DNA of 64,000 nt from Anaeromyxobacteraceae bacterium. Its GTDB lineage: Bacteria; Myxococcota; Myxococcia; Myxococcales; Anaeromyxobacteraceae. This document shows positions 53,311 to 63,634 of the stretch, one piece after another. Made by a program: the position numbers and the translations under genes. The stretch lies in the NCBI GenBank assembly GCA_047602405.1, contig JASGHJ010000001.1, positions 800,001 through 864,000 of the forward strand. The letters are read 5' to 3'. The notes under the pieces are model-generated. The model ran no database searches, had not been told where the DNA came from, and saw only the letters and a program-made list of their open reading frames with translations. The stretch's first letter is position 1. Every line of letters begins with the position of its first letter.

Positions 53311-53321
53311 AGGAGGCGGGC

Positions 53322-54905
53322 ATGTGGTACGGCGACTGGGGGGCGCGCGGCGCCCTGTACTGGCCGGAGGAGACGGCCATCGTCGAGGTCGTGCCCGGCA
53401 CCACGCCCGGCTCGGCCGCCCGCACCCGCCGCTTCACCTACGCCGCGCTCGACGTCCGCGCGAACAAGGTCGCGGCCTGGCTGCGCGACCACGCCGGGGT
53501 GCGCGCGGGCGACAAGGTCGGGATGATCGCGATGAACGGCGTCGAGGTGCTCGACGTCCTCTTCGCCTGCGGGAAGCTCGGGGCGGTCCTCGTCCCGTAC
53601 AACTGGCGGCTCCACGCGGCCGAGCTCGGCGAGCTCGTGCGGCGCACGGCGCCGAAGGTCGTCTTCTATTCGGAGGAGCTCCAGGCGCTCGCCGGCGAGG
53701 CGCTCGCGTTCTGGGGCGGCTCGGCGCGCACGCTCCCCGCGCTCGTGCACCTCGAGGGCCCGGGGCTCCCCGGCTCGACGGCCCACGAGGCGGTCCTCGC
53801 GACCTCCCGCGCCGACCCGATCTCGAACCCCGCGTTCCGGGAGACCGACGTCGCGTGCCTGCTCTTCACCGGCGGCACCACGGGCCTCCCGAAGGCCGCG
53901 CGCATCACCTACCGGCAGATCGCGTGGAACACCTTCACCACGATGGTCCACGAGATCCGCCCGGGCGACGTGACCATCACCCACACGCCGATGTTCCACA
54001 CCGGCGGGCTCTTCGTGTACACGGTGCCGTTCCTCTCGATCGGCGGGCGCGTCGTGCTGATGCGCCGGTGGGACGCGGCGCTCGCGCTGAAGCTTCTCCA
54101 GGACGAGAAGGTCACCGCGTTCTTCGCGGTCCCGACCCAGTACCAGCAGCTCCTCGAGGCGCCCGGCTTCGCCGAGGCCGACCTCTCGCGCATCCGCTAC
54201 CTCACGAGCGGCGGCGCCGCGATGCCCGGCCCGCTCCGCGCCGCCTGGGCGGGCACGCACCCCATCCCGTTCAAGCAGGGCTTCGGGATGACCGAGTTCG
54301 GCCCGGGCGTCTTCTCCTTCCCGGCCTCCGAGGCGGACCGGAAGGCCGGCTCCATCGGCCTCGTGAACCAGTTCATCGAGGCGCGGCTCGTCGACGAGGA
54401 CGGCCGGGACGTGAAGCAGGGCGAGGTCGGCGAGCTCCTGCTCCGCGGCCCGGCCTGCTGCGACGGCTACGAGGGGCCGGACGGCTCGGTCTCGCGCGAG
54501 GGCATCGACGCCGAGGGCTGGCTGCACTCCGGCGACCTCATGCGCCAGGACGAGGACCGGTACTTCTGGGTCGCCGGGCGCCGCAAGGACATGTTCATCT
54601 CGGGCGGCGAGAACGTCTACCCGCTCGAGGTCGAGAACGCGCTCCTCACGCACCCGGCCGTCGCGATGGCGTCGGTGGTCGGCGTGCCGGACGCGAAGTG
54701 GGGCGAGGTCGGCCACGCGTTCTACACGCTGAAGCCCGGCGCCGTTGCCGAGCCCGACGCGCTCCTCGAGCACCTCAGGACCCGGCTCGCGAAGTACAAG
54801 GTCCCGAAGCAGGTCACGCGCGTCGACGCGATGCCGCTCTCGGCGGCCGGGAAGATCCTCAAGACCGAGCTCAGGAAGCTCGCCGTCCCCGGAGGGAAGT
54901 CATGA
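53322..54905 (+). CDS. Acyl-CoA synthetase (AMP-forming)
   Basis: FTGGTTGLPK, GFGMTE, HSGDL, ISGGENVYP, GKILK; AGGAGG RBS. Confidence 0.93.
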   Translation: MWYGDWGARGALYWPEETAIVEVVPGTTPGSAARTRRFTYAALDVRANKVAAWLRDHAGVRAGDKVGMIAMNGVEVLDVLFACGKLGAVLVPYNWRLHAAELGELVRRTAPKVVFYSEELQALAGEALAFWGGSARTLPALVHLEGPGLPGSTAHEAVLATSRADPISNPAFRETDVACLLFTGGTTGLPKAARITYRQIAWNTFTTMVHEIRPGDVTITHTPMFHTGGLFVYTVPFLSIGGRVVLMRRWDAALALKLLQDEKVTAFFAVPTQYQQLLEAPGFAEADLSRIRYLTSGGAAMPGPLRAAWAGTHPIPFKQGFGMTEFGPGVFSFPASEADRKAGSIGLVNQFIEARLVDEDGRDVKQGEVGELLLRGPACCDGYEGPDGSVSREGIDAEGWLHSGDLMRQDEDRYFWVAGRRKDMFISGGENVYPLEVENALLTHPAVAMASVVGVPDAKWGEVGHAFYTLKPGAVAEPDALLEHLRTRLAKYKVPKQVTRVDAMPLSAAGKILKTELRKLAVPGGKS

Positions 54906-56218
54906 CGACGGCCGTGGCCGCGCCCGAGCAGGCGTGGTGGCGGGAGCCCACCCGCGCGCAGTGGACCACCTTCCTCGCCGCGTGGGCGGGCTGGGTGCTC
55001 GACGCGTTCGACTTCACCATCTACCTGCTCGCGATGGCCGACATCATGAAGGAGTTCGGCGTCGGCGCCGTCGCGACGTCGATCTCGGTCACGCTGACGC
55101 TCCTCCTGCGCCTCGCGGGCGGGGTCGGCTCTGGCTGGCTCGCCGACCGCTATGGGCGGAAGCTGCCGCTCGTCATCTCGCTCGTCTGGTTCGCCGTGTG
55201 CGACGGCGCGGTCGCCTTCGCGCCGAGCTTCGCGTGGGTGCTCGCGTTCCGCACGCTCTTCGGGCTCGGCATGGGCGCGCAGTGGACCGCCGGCGCGACG
55301 CTCGCGATGGAGAACTGGCCGGCGCGGAGCCGCGGCATCGCGTCGGGCATCCTGCAGGGCTCCTGGGCCATCGGCTACATCGTCGCGGCGCTCGTGTACT
55401 GGGCCATCGAGCCGACGCTGGGCTGGCGGCCGCTCTTCATGATCGCCGCGGTCCCGGCGCTGCTCGCGCTGCCGATCTGGTTCTTTGTGCCGGAGAGCCC
55501 GGACTGGCAGAAGGCGAAGGCGCAGAAGGCGAACGTCACCCTCGCGGATCTCAAGGCCGAGAAGGTGATCCTGCGCGTCGTCTGGGCGTCGGTGCTCTGG
55601 GCCACCTCCTTCGCGGTCTACTACGGCCTCTCGGGCATGTGGCCGGCGCTGCTCCGCACGACCTTCCAGCTCGGCGCGCGCGAGATCGCCTGGCTCGTCA
55701 TCGTCTTCAACCTCGGCATGATGGCGGGCGCCATCACCTGGGGCACCACCGCCTCGAAGAAGGGCGCCGTCTTCGCGCTCATCGTGCCGCTCGTGATCCT
55801 GCTCCCGGCGCTGCCGCTCTACGTGGGCGGCTGGTCGTTCGGCGCGCCGGCGGTCGGCACCATCCCGAACGCGCTCTGGCTGGGCGCCTTCGTGTCGGGC
55901 GCGACCGGCGCCGGCATCTCCGGCGTCACCCCGATGCTGCTCACCTCACTCTTCCCGGCGCGGGTGCGCGGCCTCTCGGTCGGCGTCGTCTACCACGTGG
56001 GCGCGCTGCTCGCCGCGCCGAGCTCCACCCTCGTCGCCTGGATGGGCGGCAGCATCGGGCTCGGCAACGCCATCGTCGCCCTCGTGGCCGTCGCCGCGAT
56101 CGTCACCGTGCTGATCCTGGTCTTCCGCCCCGCCGGGGCGCTCCCGTCGAGCGCGCTCGGCACCGCCTCCACCCCGAACCCGGGCGCGAGCCCGGCCAGC
56201 CCGCAGCAGACCCGCTGA
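54902..56218 (+). CDS. MFS transporter of the SHS/Jen1 (carboxylate) type
   Basis: GWVLDAFDF, LADRYGRK, RGIASGILQG. Confidence 0.85.
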   Translation: MTTAVAAPEQAWWREPTRAQWTTFLAAWAGWVLDAFDFTIYLLAMADIMKEFGVGAVATSISVTLTLLLRLAGGVGSGWLADRYGRKLPLVISLVWFAVCDGAVAFAPSFAWVLAFRTLFGLGMGAQWTAGATLAMENWPARSRGIASGILQGSWAIGYIVAALVYWAIEPTLGWRPLFMIAAVPALLALPIWFFVPESPDWQKAKAQKANVTLADLKAEKVILRVVWASVLWATSFAVYYGLSGMWPALLRTTFQLGAREIAWLVIVFNLGMMAGAITWGTTASKKGAVFALIVPLVILLPALPLYVGGWSFGAPAVGTIPNALWLGAFVSGATGAGISGVTPMLLTSLFPARVRGLSVGVVYHVGALLAAPSSTLVAWMGGSIGLGNAIVALVAVAAIVTVLILVFRPAGALPSSALGTASTPNPGASPASPQQTR

Positions 56219-56241
56219 AGCACCCACAAAGGAGCTCGACC

Positions 56242-56853
56242 ATGAAGCGCATCCTCGCGACCGCCCTCGCCGCCACGCTGCTCGCCGCCTGCGGCAGCGA
56301 CAGCAACGACACCACCAACACCAACCCGACGCTCACCACCGCCGCCGAGATCAAGACCTACCTCGACGGCAAGAGCTGGAAGATGACGGGCGCCGACATC
56401 CCGGCCTTCCCGAACGGCTACAACGCCAACACGAACTACGGCGCGGCGACGCAGTGCTACAACGAGACCGTCATCGCGACGAACGCCAACTGGACGGTCA
56501 CCTCGAAGCTCGGGACGCTCAACGGCGCGACGACGGTCGGCTCCACGGGCACCTGCGACAAGTCCACGCCGTCGGGCAGCCCGCTCACGTTCACCTCGAC
56601 CGCGATCCTGATCGAGAACGTCTCCGGCAACGCCGACTGCTTCGACGTCACGGCCACCTACGCCACGTTCGCCCAGGCGGGCCGCGGCAAGTTCTCCGCC
56701 GACGGCAAGACGATGACGCTCGAGCTCTACTTCTCGACGCAGGCGACGAAGAACCGCTGCGCGGACGGCGCGGTCGGGTCGGCCACCGTCACGCTCAACG
56801 GCGCCGTGAACTACGACGGCTCGAAGTCGCTCCAGGTCTACCGCCTCCAGTAG
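56242..56853 (+). CDS. Thr/Asn-rich lipoprotein, possibly lipocalin-like
   Basis: Lipobox LAAC, GKSWKM, four further Cys; AGGAG RBS. Confidence 0.8.
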   Translation: MKRILATALAATLLAACGSDSNDTTNTNPTLTTAAEIKTYLDGKSWKMTGADIPAFPNGYNANTNYGAATQCYNETVIATNANWTVTSKLGTLNGATTVGSTGTCDKSTPSGSPLTFTSTAILIENVSGNADCFDVTATYATFAQAGRGKFSADGKTMTLELYFSTQATKNRCADGAVGSATVTLNGAVNYDGSKSLQVYRLQ

Positions 56854-56864
56854 TCGCCTCCACC

Positions 56865-56899
56865 GGTGGCCCGGGCGCGACGCAGGCGCCCGGGCCATC
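56865..56899 (+). other. Intra-operon stem-loop
   Basis: GGTGGCCCGGGCGC-N7-GCGCCCGGGCCATC with no U-tract. Confidence 0.5.
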
Positions 56900-56940
56900 G
56901 GCCCGTCTCGCCACCACCGCCTCGACACCGGGAGAGCCGA

Positions 56941-58587
56941 ATGGCACCGACCCCCGCATCACAGCTCCGGACGCTGGCCCTCGCCGCCGCGCTGCTCGCG
57001 GCCGGCCCGGCCCTCGCGCAGACGCCGACCGTGCCCGGCCTGTACCACGGCGACTGGTACGACTCGAACGCCCGGGAGCACGACGCGCCCCCGCAGGAGT
57101 TCCGGCTCATCAACTACTTCTTCACGCGCGGCACCGTGACGAACCTGATCGGCGATCCGTCCGGCCTCAAGGGCGTGGCCCTCGGGCCGATCGGCAACTA
57201 CGCGGGCAGCCTCGTGACGACCGGCGCCGGCTCGGGCATGTGGGTCGAGCAGCGGTGGATCCCGGTCATCGAGTACACGCCCAACTTCCTCGACGGCCGC
57301 GCCGCCTTCCGCGCGCAGTTCGAGATCGACTACATGTGGGGCTGGACCGCGAACAGCCAGGGCCAGAACGTCGGCGGCGGCCTCAACGCCGACCAGGTGA
57401 ACGTCCAGACGAAGAACGTCAACTTCGCCTGGTATCCGTACAAGGACCCCGACAAGTTCACGCTCCTCGCGGGCACCCAGTCGCTCTACGACAACGTGCT
57501 CGACCCCACCCGCACCGGCCTCAACGACATCACCCGCACCGGCTACAAGCTCGCCTACGCGGGCACCGACGCGACCGGCATCCAGGCGTTCCGCGCCGCG
57601 GCCACCGACCGCGAGCGCATCGCCTGGTTCCCGCTGAACGGCGCGCAGCCCGACAAGGCGACGAAGAACGACCCCCGCCTCGCCTTCGACTGGATCGCGA
57701 TGGCCGACGGCGCCCTCGAGCTCGCCCCCGGCACCTGGCTCGGCGCCTCGCTCTGGTTCCTGAACGACACCACGAAGAGCGACGCCTGGGCCTACGAGGG
57801 CCTGGTGCGCGCCGGGCCCGCCTCGGGCACCCTCGCGCCCTACACCGGCACCCAGCCGTTCCAGATCGAGCGCGCGAACGGCAACGTCGTGTGGCTCGGC
57901 GTGAACGGCCACCACAACGTCGACTTCCGCGCGGGCCGCCTCGGCGCCTCCGGCTTCTTCATGTACAACGCCGGCAAGTTCGTCTCGAAGAAGACCGACA
58001 CCCTCCTCAACAAGGAGGTCTCGATCCGCGGCTTCTCCGCTGACGCCGAGCTCCTCTGGAACTACGGCCGGAACGCGAACGAGCTCGTGAGCCTCGAGGC
58101 GATCGTCTCGAACGGCGACGAGGATCCGACCGACAAGAAGTACACGGGCCCCTTCACCCTCAACTACTACGGCCTCCCCGGCGCGGTGTTCTTCAACCAC
58201 CGGCTCCTGCTCCTCATGCCGTTCACGAGCACGGTGGGCAACTACACCGGCGCGGTCACCGACATCTCGAACCAGGGCTCCGGCCTGCTCGCGGTGGTGG
58301 CCTCCGCCTCGCGCGACCTCGTCCCGAACAAGCTCAACCTGAAGCTCGGCGCCGGCCACGGGCAGGCGTGGGCGAAGCCGGTGGCCTTCGCGAACAGCGC
58401 CACCGGCCGCGGCAAGACCCTCGGCACCGAGGTGAACGCCGAGCTCAAGTACACGTACCGGTTCCTCATGACCTTCGGCGTGCACGCCGCGTACATGTTC
58501 CGCGGCGACTGGTTCGACGGCGAGACCTCGCGCGTGAAGCAGAACCCCTACGGCGTCTTCACCACCCTCACCTGGTACGGCTTCTAG
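56941..58587 (+). CDS. Outer-membrane beta-barrel/porin-like protein
   Basis: Signal peptide ALA-Q, alternating aromatic strands, FEID, GTEVNAELKYTY, C-terminal TWYGF. Confidence 0.75.
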   Translation: MAPTPASQLRTLALAAALLAAGPALAQTPTVPGLYHGDWYDSNAREHDAPPQEFRLINYFFTRGTVTNLIGDPSGLKGVALGPIGNYAGSLVTTGAGSGMWVEQRWIPVIEYTPNFLDGRAAFRAQFEIDYMWGWTANSQGQNVGGGLNADQVNVQTKNVNFAWYPYKDPDKFTLLAGTQSLYDNVLDPTRTGLNDITRTGYKLAYAGTDATGIQAFRAAATDRERIAWFPLNGAQPDKATKNDPRLAFDWIAMADGALELAPGTWLGASLWFLNDTTKSDAWAYEGLVRAGPASGTLAPYTGTQPFQIERANGNVVWLGVNGHHNVDFRAGRLGASGFFMYNAGKFVSKKTDTLLNKEVSIRGFSADAELLWNYGRNANELVSLEAIVSNGDEDPTDKKYTGPFTLNYYGLPGAVFFNHRLLLLMPFTSTVGNYTGAVTDISNQGSGLLAVVASASRDLVPNKLNLKLGAGHGQAWAKPVAFANSATGRGKTLGTEVNAELKYTYRFLMTFGVHAAYMFRGDWFDGETSRVKQNPYGVFTTLTWYGF

Positions 58588-58596
58588 GAGGCCGCC

Positions 58597-59613
58597 ATGC
58601 GCACGATCTCACTGTCCGTGATCATGCTCGCCGGCGTCCTCGCCGGCACCGGTTGCGCCACCCGCTACTCCAGCCGCGGCACGCAGACCTTCGCCGAGAT
58701 CCCGTACCAGGGTCCGGAGGGCAAGGCGTGGCCGGTCGCCTACACCGAGCTCCCCGGCGTCGCGAAGACCTACGGCATGGCCAAGGCGCCGAAGGTCGCC
58801 TACGTCGAGCTCGGCAAGGGCGGCGCGAAGGGCGACATCGTCTTCATGCACGGCCTCGGGAGCTACCTGAAGTTCTGGTACTTCCAGCTCGACGCCTTCG
58901 CGCAGGCCGGCTGGCACGTCGTCGCGATCGACCAGCCGGGCTACGGCAAGTCGGAGAAGCCGGCGTCCTTCCCGTACACCATGGAGGCGATGGCCGACGT
59001 GGTGCACGAGGTGGCCGGGCAGCTGGGGCTCAAGAAGCCCGTGCTCGTCGGCCACTCGATGGGCGGCCAGACCGCGCTCTCCTACGCGATCCGCTACCCC
59101 GACGACGTCGGCCGGCTCGTGCTGGTCGCCCCGGCCGGCTTCGAGGAGTTCTCGGCGCGCGAGAAGGAGTGGTTCCACCGCGCCTTCTCGAGCGTGCTCG
59201 TGAAGAAGGCGACCGAGTACGGCATCTGGGGCTCGGTCGCGTACCAGAACTTCTCGCGGTTCCGTCCCGAGCTCGAGTGGCTCGTAGAGGAGCGCGTGCG
59301 GGTGGTCGGCGATCCGACGTTCGACCAGTACGCCTACGCGCAGGTCCGCAGCGTGAACGGCCTCGCGGCCGACGACTTCACCCGCCAGAGCGCGGGCCTC
59401 GTGAAGGCGCCGGTCCTCATCGTGTACGGCGACGAGGACAAGCTCATCCCGAGCCCGTTCATGCACGCCGGCTTCACGAGCGACTTCTTCGAGAAGGCCG
59501 CGGCGACGGTGCCGGGCGCGAAGCTCGTGGGCCTGAAGGGCTGCGGGCACTGCGTGCAGCTCGACTGCCCGAAGGAGTGGGCGGACGCGGTGAACGGGTT
59601 CCTGGGGAAGTAG
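58597..59613 (+). CDS. Alpha/beta hydrolase (esterase) lipoprotein
   Basis: Lipobox GTGC, HGLG, DQPGYGKS, GHSMGG, GDED, GH. Confidence 0.9.
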   Translation: MRTISLSVIMLAGVLAGTGCATRYSSRGTQTFAEIPYQGPEGKAWPVAYTELPGVAKTYGMAKAPKVAYVELGKGGAKGDIVFMHGLGSYLKFWYFQLDAFAQAGWHVVAIDQPGYGKSEKPASFPYTMEAMADVVHEVAGQLGLKKPVLVGHSMGGQTALSYAIRYPDDVGRLVLVAPAGFEEFSAREKEWFHRAFSSVLVKKATEYGIWGSVAYQNFSRFRPELEWLVEERVRVVGDPTFDQYAYAQVRSVNGLAADDFTRQSAGLVKAPVLIVYGDEDKLIPSPFMHAGFTSDFFEKAAATVPGAKLVGLKGCGHCVQLDCPKEWADAVNGFLGK

Positions 59614-59631
59614 TCCGGGCTCCAGGGCGGC

Positions 59632-60885
59632 TCACCTCTCCGCGGCGCCAGGGGCCGCGGAGAGGATGAGCCGCGCGAGCTTGTCGTAGTCGCGGTCGAA
59701 GTGGTGGCCGCCCGGCAGCACCCAGCGGCGCACGTTCGGCCGCGCGGCGATGGCGGGGCAGCCCGAGTCACCCTCGTCGGATCCCTCCACGCAGATGACC
59801 GGCAGCGCCCCGAGCGCCTCGACCGCGCGCGCGGTGGACATCGCCGCGCGCCGCTTGATCGAGAAGAGCACGTCGAGCGAGTGGACCTCGAACTCGGCGA
59901 AGGTGCCCGGGCCGAGCATGCCGACGAGCACGACCCGGCGCCGGACGTCCTCGGGGAGGCGCGGCGGCAGGAACGGCACGAGGTCCGCGCCGCGCGAGTA
60001 GCCGAGGAGCAGGACCTCCTCGCGCCCCCAGGCCGCGCGGTAGTGCCGGACGATCCGCGCGAGCGCGTCGGCCGTCTCCTCCGGTGTCCGGCGCTTCCAG
60101 AAGTACGCGAGCGAGTCGAGGCCGACCACCGGCACGCCGGCGGCCGCGAGCGACGCCGAGAGGCCCTTGTCGAGCCCGGCCCACCCGCCGTCGCCCGTGA
60201 GCAGCACGGCGAGGCGGGTGCCGGACACGGCCGACGGCACCTCGTGGAGCGGCAGGTCCGAGACGTCGGCCCTGGCCCCGGCGTCCGGAGGTGCGCCAGC
60301 GTTGCCGGGGGACGCCCCGGCCGGGGCCGGCTCGGCCGGGCGGTCGGCCAGGAGGGGCGTCAGGGCCGCCCGGGCACCGGCCGTGTCCGGCACCCGCAGG
60401 ACCGCCGTCTTCACGGCCTCCTTGCCCTCGCAGAGGCGCGCCGGGCGCGGCTGGCCGGGCGCTGGGGCCTCCGGGGCCGGGCTCAGGAGGATGGCTCCGC
60501 GGAACGTCCCGTCCGGCGCCTGGGCGACCGCGCCCGCGGCCGCGGGCACGCCGGGGCCGAGGCCCACGAGGATGGGCCGGAGGTACGCGGGGAGGCGCAG
60601 CCGCTTCTGGTCGCCCTGCGCGAGCTCCTCGAGGTCGCCGGCGAGGTACACGCAGCGCCGCGGCGCCCGGACCGCGGCGACGTGCGCCTCGACGTCGAGG
60701 TGCCGGACGACCGCGCCCGCTTCCGCGAGCTCCCGCCCGAGCAGGGCCGCGCGGGCCTTCTCCCGAGGCCCCGAGAGGAGCATCGCGTACCCGCGCGCGG
60801 CCGCGGCCCCGCCGGGCGGCGGCTCGACCGGGCCCGCCTGCGAGGCGGCCCCGAACGCGAGCGCGGCGAGGACCGCCGCCGTCAC
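59632..60885 (-). CDS. acvB: AcvB/VirJ-family lysyl-phosphatidylglycerol hydrolase
   Basis: LLTGDGGWAGLD, GLDSLAYFW, GYSRGAD, PGGHHFD; coupled to mprF. Confidence 0.88.
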   Translation of the reverse strand: MTAAVLAALAFGAASQAGPVEPPPGGAAAARGYAMLLSGPREKARAALLGRELAEAGAVVRHLDVEAHVAAVRAPRRCVYLAGDLEELAQGDQKRLRLPAYLRPILVGLGPGVPAAAGAVAQAPDGTFRGAILLSPAPEAPAPGQPRPARLCEGKEAVKTAVLRVPDTAGARAALTPLLADRPAEPAPAGASPGNAGAPPDAGARADVSDLPLHEVPSAVSGTRLAVLLTGDGGWAGLDKGLSASLAAAGVPVVGLDSLAYFWKRRTPEETADALARIVRHYRAAWGREEVLLLGYSRGADLVPFLPPRLPEDVRRRVVLVGMLGPGTFAEFEVHSLDVLFSIKRRAAMSTARAVEALGALPVICVEGSDEGDSGCPAIAARPNVRRWVLPGGHHFDRDYDKLARLILSAAPGAAER

Positions 60886-63419
60886 CGCGCCACCACGCCC
60901 TTCAGGCCGCGGCCGACGAGCCCGGCGATGTCGGTGAGGATGAACGGGAGCCTCAGGCCGCCAGGCGCCGCGAGGTACCGCGGCCGCCACTCCGGCGCGA
61001 ACTTCTCCTTGAACTGCCTGAGGCCCTGGAAGTTGTAGAAGTCCTCGCCGAACCGGTAGAGCAGCGCCCCGAGCCGCGTCCACGCGGGCGCGAGCGCGCG
61101 CTGCTCGAAGCCGGAGAACGGCGCCATCCCGAGGTTGAACCGCGCGTAGCCCTCCGCCCTTCCCCACAGGAAGAGCGACACGAACAGGAACTCCATCGCG
61201 CTCCGCGGCGCGTCGGGCGTGAAGCGCATGAGGTCGATCGAGAGCTCGACCTTCGCCGTGGAGGTCCACACGTTCGCGAACGCCACGATGCGCCCGTGCA
61301 GCCGCGCGACGGCGACCGGCCCCTCGGCGAGGTAGCCGGGCTGGAACCAGCCGAGCGAGAAGCCCTTCTCGCGCACCTTCTTCTGCGCGAGCCAGCCGTC
61401 GGAGACGTCGCGCAGCGCCGGGAGGACGCCCGGCACCGCCGCGGCGGGGAGCACCTCGAACGCGAGCCCGTCGCGCTCGGCGCGGTGGTAGGCCTGCCGC
61501 AGGCCCCGCCGCTCACCGCCCTCGAGCGAGAAGTCGCCGAGCGGCACGATCGCCTCCTCGCCGAGCTTGAGCAGCGAGAGCCCGAGGTCGAGGTAGCGCG
61601 GCAGGGCGTCGGGCCCGACCTGGTAGAAGCAGGTCCACCCGTGGTGCGCGTCGGAGAGCTCGCGGAAGCGCCACGCGAGCTCGGTGGCCTGGTCGTCCGG
61701 CCCGACCGGATCGCCCATGGCGACCCAGCTGCGCCCCTGGACCGCGTACATGAGGAACGCCTCGCCCGACGGGGAGAAGAGGAGCGGCTTGTCGCCCACG
61801 AGCGCGAGGTGGCTCGCGGACTCGGGCGAGCGCTCGATGACGGGCCGCGCGCGGTCGAGCTCGTCCGGCCCGGGCGGCTCCGGCTCGCCGGGCGCCGGGC
61901 GGAGCAGCGTCGAGAGCCCGTAGAGCACGACGAGCGAGCCGCCGGCGACCGCCGCGCGCAGGAAGCGCGGCGCGTCGGCGTGGAAGGCGAAGGTGAACCA
62001 CAGGTCGTGCGAGTACTCGACGTGGCGGTAGCTGAAGAACCCGATCCAGATCGAGACCGCGACGAGGACGAGGATCGTGACGATGAAGGGGCCGGACAGC
62101 GGCTGGCCGAGGAGCGACGAGCGCCGGTAGAACTGCGCCCGGAACGGGAGCAGCACCAGCATGAAGGCGATCATCAGGCTCGCCTCCTCCCAGTCGAGCC
62201 CCTTCGCGAGCGAGACGATCGCGCCCGCCCCGAGCAGGACCAGCGCGGCCACCCAGGCGCCGTCGAGCCGCCGGAACAGGCTCCGCGCCAGCAGCAGGAG
62301 CCCGGTGCCGGCGAGCGAGCCGAGGAGGTGCGAGGCCTCGAGCACCGGCAGCGGCACCGCGCGGCGGAGGAGGTGCAGGCGCTCGGCCACGGTCGGCGTC
62401 GCGCCCGACACCAGCAGCACGCCGCCCGCGACGATGGCGGCGGTCGCGGCCAGCCACGGCACGATGGGCGCGAAGGAGGCGTGGCCGCCGCGCACGATGC
62501 GCCGGACGAGCTCACGGCGGACGACGAGCTCGTTCGCGACCAGCATGGCGAAGGCCGCGAGGAACGGGGCGAGGTAGTAGATGGCGCGGTAGGCGAGGAG
62601 CGCGCCGAGGAGCCGCGGCGCGGGCACGACGCCCGAGAGCGCCGCGAGCACGACGGAGTCGAAGACGCCCAGCCCTCCCGGCACCTGGGACGCGAGGCCG
62701 GCGACCTGCGCGGCGACGAAGAGCCCGAGCAGCGCGGGGAACGAGATCGCCCCCGGCGGCAGGAGCACGTAGAGCACCGCGGAGGCAACCGCCCAGTCGG
62801 CCGCGGAGACGAGCACCTGCCCGAGCGCGAGCGGGAGCGACGGCAGCTGGACCTCGAGGCTGCCGAGCCGCACCGGCGCGGTCGCGCGCCAGGCGCCGAC
62901 GAGGTAGGCGGCGGTCAGCGCGAGCGCGAGGCCGCCCGCGAGCAGCGCGATCGGCTCCGGCAGCGGGACCTTCACGCCGGCGAGCAGCGCCACGCCCGCG
63001 ACCGGGAGCAGCCCCGCCCAGAGCTGCGAGGCGGTGAAGCCGATGATCTTCCCGACCTCGACGGCGGAGAGGCCGAACTGGCTGTAGAGCCTGAGCCGGA
63101 CGGAGCCGGACGAGAGGAGCGCGAAGCCGACGTTGTTGCCGAAGGCGTAGGAGACGAAGGAGGTGAAGACGACCTGCGGGAGCGGCAGCGTGCGCCCCGC
63201 GTAGCGGAGCGCGAGGAGGTCGTAGCCGGAGAGGAGCAGGTAGTCGGCCGCGGTGATGAACGCGGCGAGCGCGAGCGCCCCTCCGGGGAGCCCGGAGGTG
63301 GCGCCGCGCAGGTCGGCCCACGAGGTGCCCGCGAGCGCGCGGTGGATGGCCCAGCCCGCGGCCGCGAGGAGGACCACCGGCAGCGCGATGAGCAAGGCGC
63401 GTCCCGGTCGAGATCGCAC
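60882..63419 (-). CDS. mprF: Bifunctional lysyl-PG flippase/synthase
   Basis: Multi-TM flippase (PGGLGVFD), GDK, MGDPVG, KLGEEA, EKGFSLG, DLMR, LGMAP, YNFQGLRQFKEKF. Confidence 0.95.
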   Translation of the reverse strand: MRSRPGRALLIALPVVLLAAAGWAIHRALAGTSWADLRGATSGLPGGALALAAFITAADYLLLSGYDLLALRYAGRTLPLPQVVFTSFVSYAFGNNVGFALLSSGSVRLRLYSQFGLSAVEVGKIIGFTASQLWAGLLPVAGVALLAGVKVPLPEPIALLAGGLALALTAAYLVGAWRATAPVRLGSLEVQLPSLPLALGQVLVSAADWAVASAVLYVLLPPGAISFPALLGLFVAAQVAGLASQVPGGLGVFDSVVLAALSGVVPAPRLLGALLAYRAIYYLAPFLAAFAMLVANELVVRRELVRRIVRGGHASFAPIVPWLAATAAIVAGGVLLVSGATPTVAERLHLLRRAVPLPVLEASHLLGSLAGTGLLLLARSLFRRLDGAWVAALVLLGAGAIVSLAKGLDWEEASLMIAFMLVLLPFRAQFYRRSSLLGQPLSGPFIVTILVLVAVSIWIGFFSYRHVEYSHDLWFTFAFHADAPRFLRAAVAGGSLVVLYGLSTLLRPAPGEPEPPGPDELDRARPVIERSPESASHLALVGDKPLLFSPSGEAFLMYAVQGRSWVAMGDPVGPDDQATELAWRFRELSDAHHGWTCFYQVGPDALPRYLDLGLSLLKLGEEAIVPLGDFSLEGGERRGLRQAYHRAERDGLAFEVLPAAAVPGVLPALRDVSDGWLAQKKVREKGFSLGWFQPGYLAEGPVAVARLHGRIVAFANVWTSTAKVELSIDLMRFTPDAPRSAMEFLFVSLFLWGRAEGYARFNLGMAPFSGFEQRALAPAWTRLGALLYRFGEDFYNFQGLRQFKEKFAPEWRPRYLAAPGGLRLPFILTDIAGLVGRGLKGVVAR

Positions 63420-63590
63420 GCACCGATAACATCCGCAGGCGGGCCCGCAGTACACGGCCTCGTCCGGGGCGCGTCGAGAGCGCGCACCCGCGTTAGGTGA
63501 CGTTCGGAGGAGGCCACGGTGTTCGGAGTTACGACAGGGGCGCCCCGCACCCCGGCCCGTCGTTCCGCGGGCTTCCGCGCGCGCCCCCGC

Positions 63591-63606
63591 TGGACCGGCA
63601 GATGCA
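63591..63606 (+). promoter_or_regulatory. Putative sigma54 promoter
   Basis: TGGACCGGCAGATGCA (GG-N10-GC), nearly identical to the glnB promoter. Confidence 0.5.
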
Positions 63607-63634
63607 AACGTCACGGGGTCTCCCTGGAGCCGAC

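Noticed and set aside
53324..56218. 964-aa ORF, and likewise 31733-34468, 17796-20717 and 14679-16949, as single large proteins
   Set aside because: Only the 3' parts are real genes with their own RBS or coupled starts; the upstream extensions are off-frame
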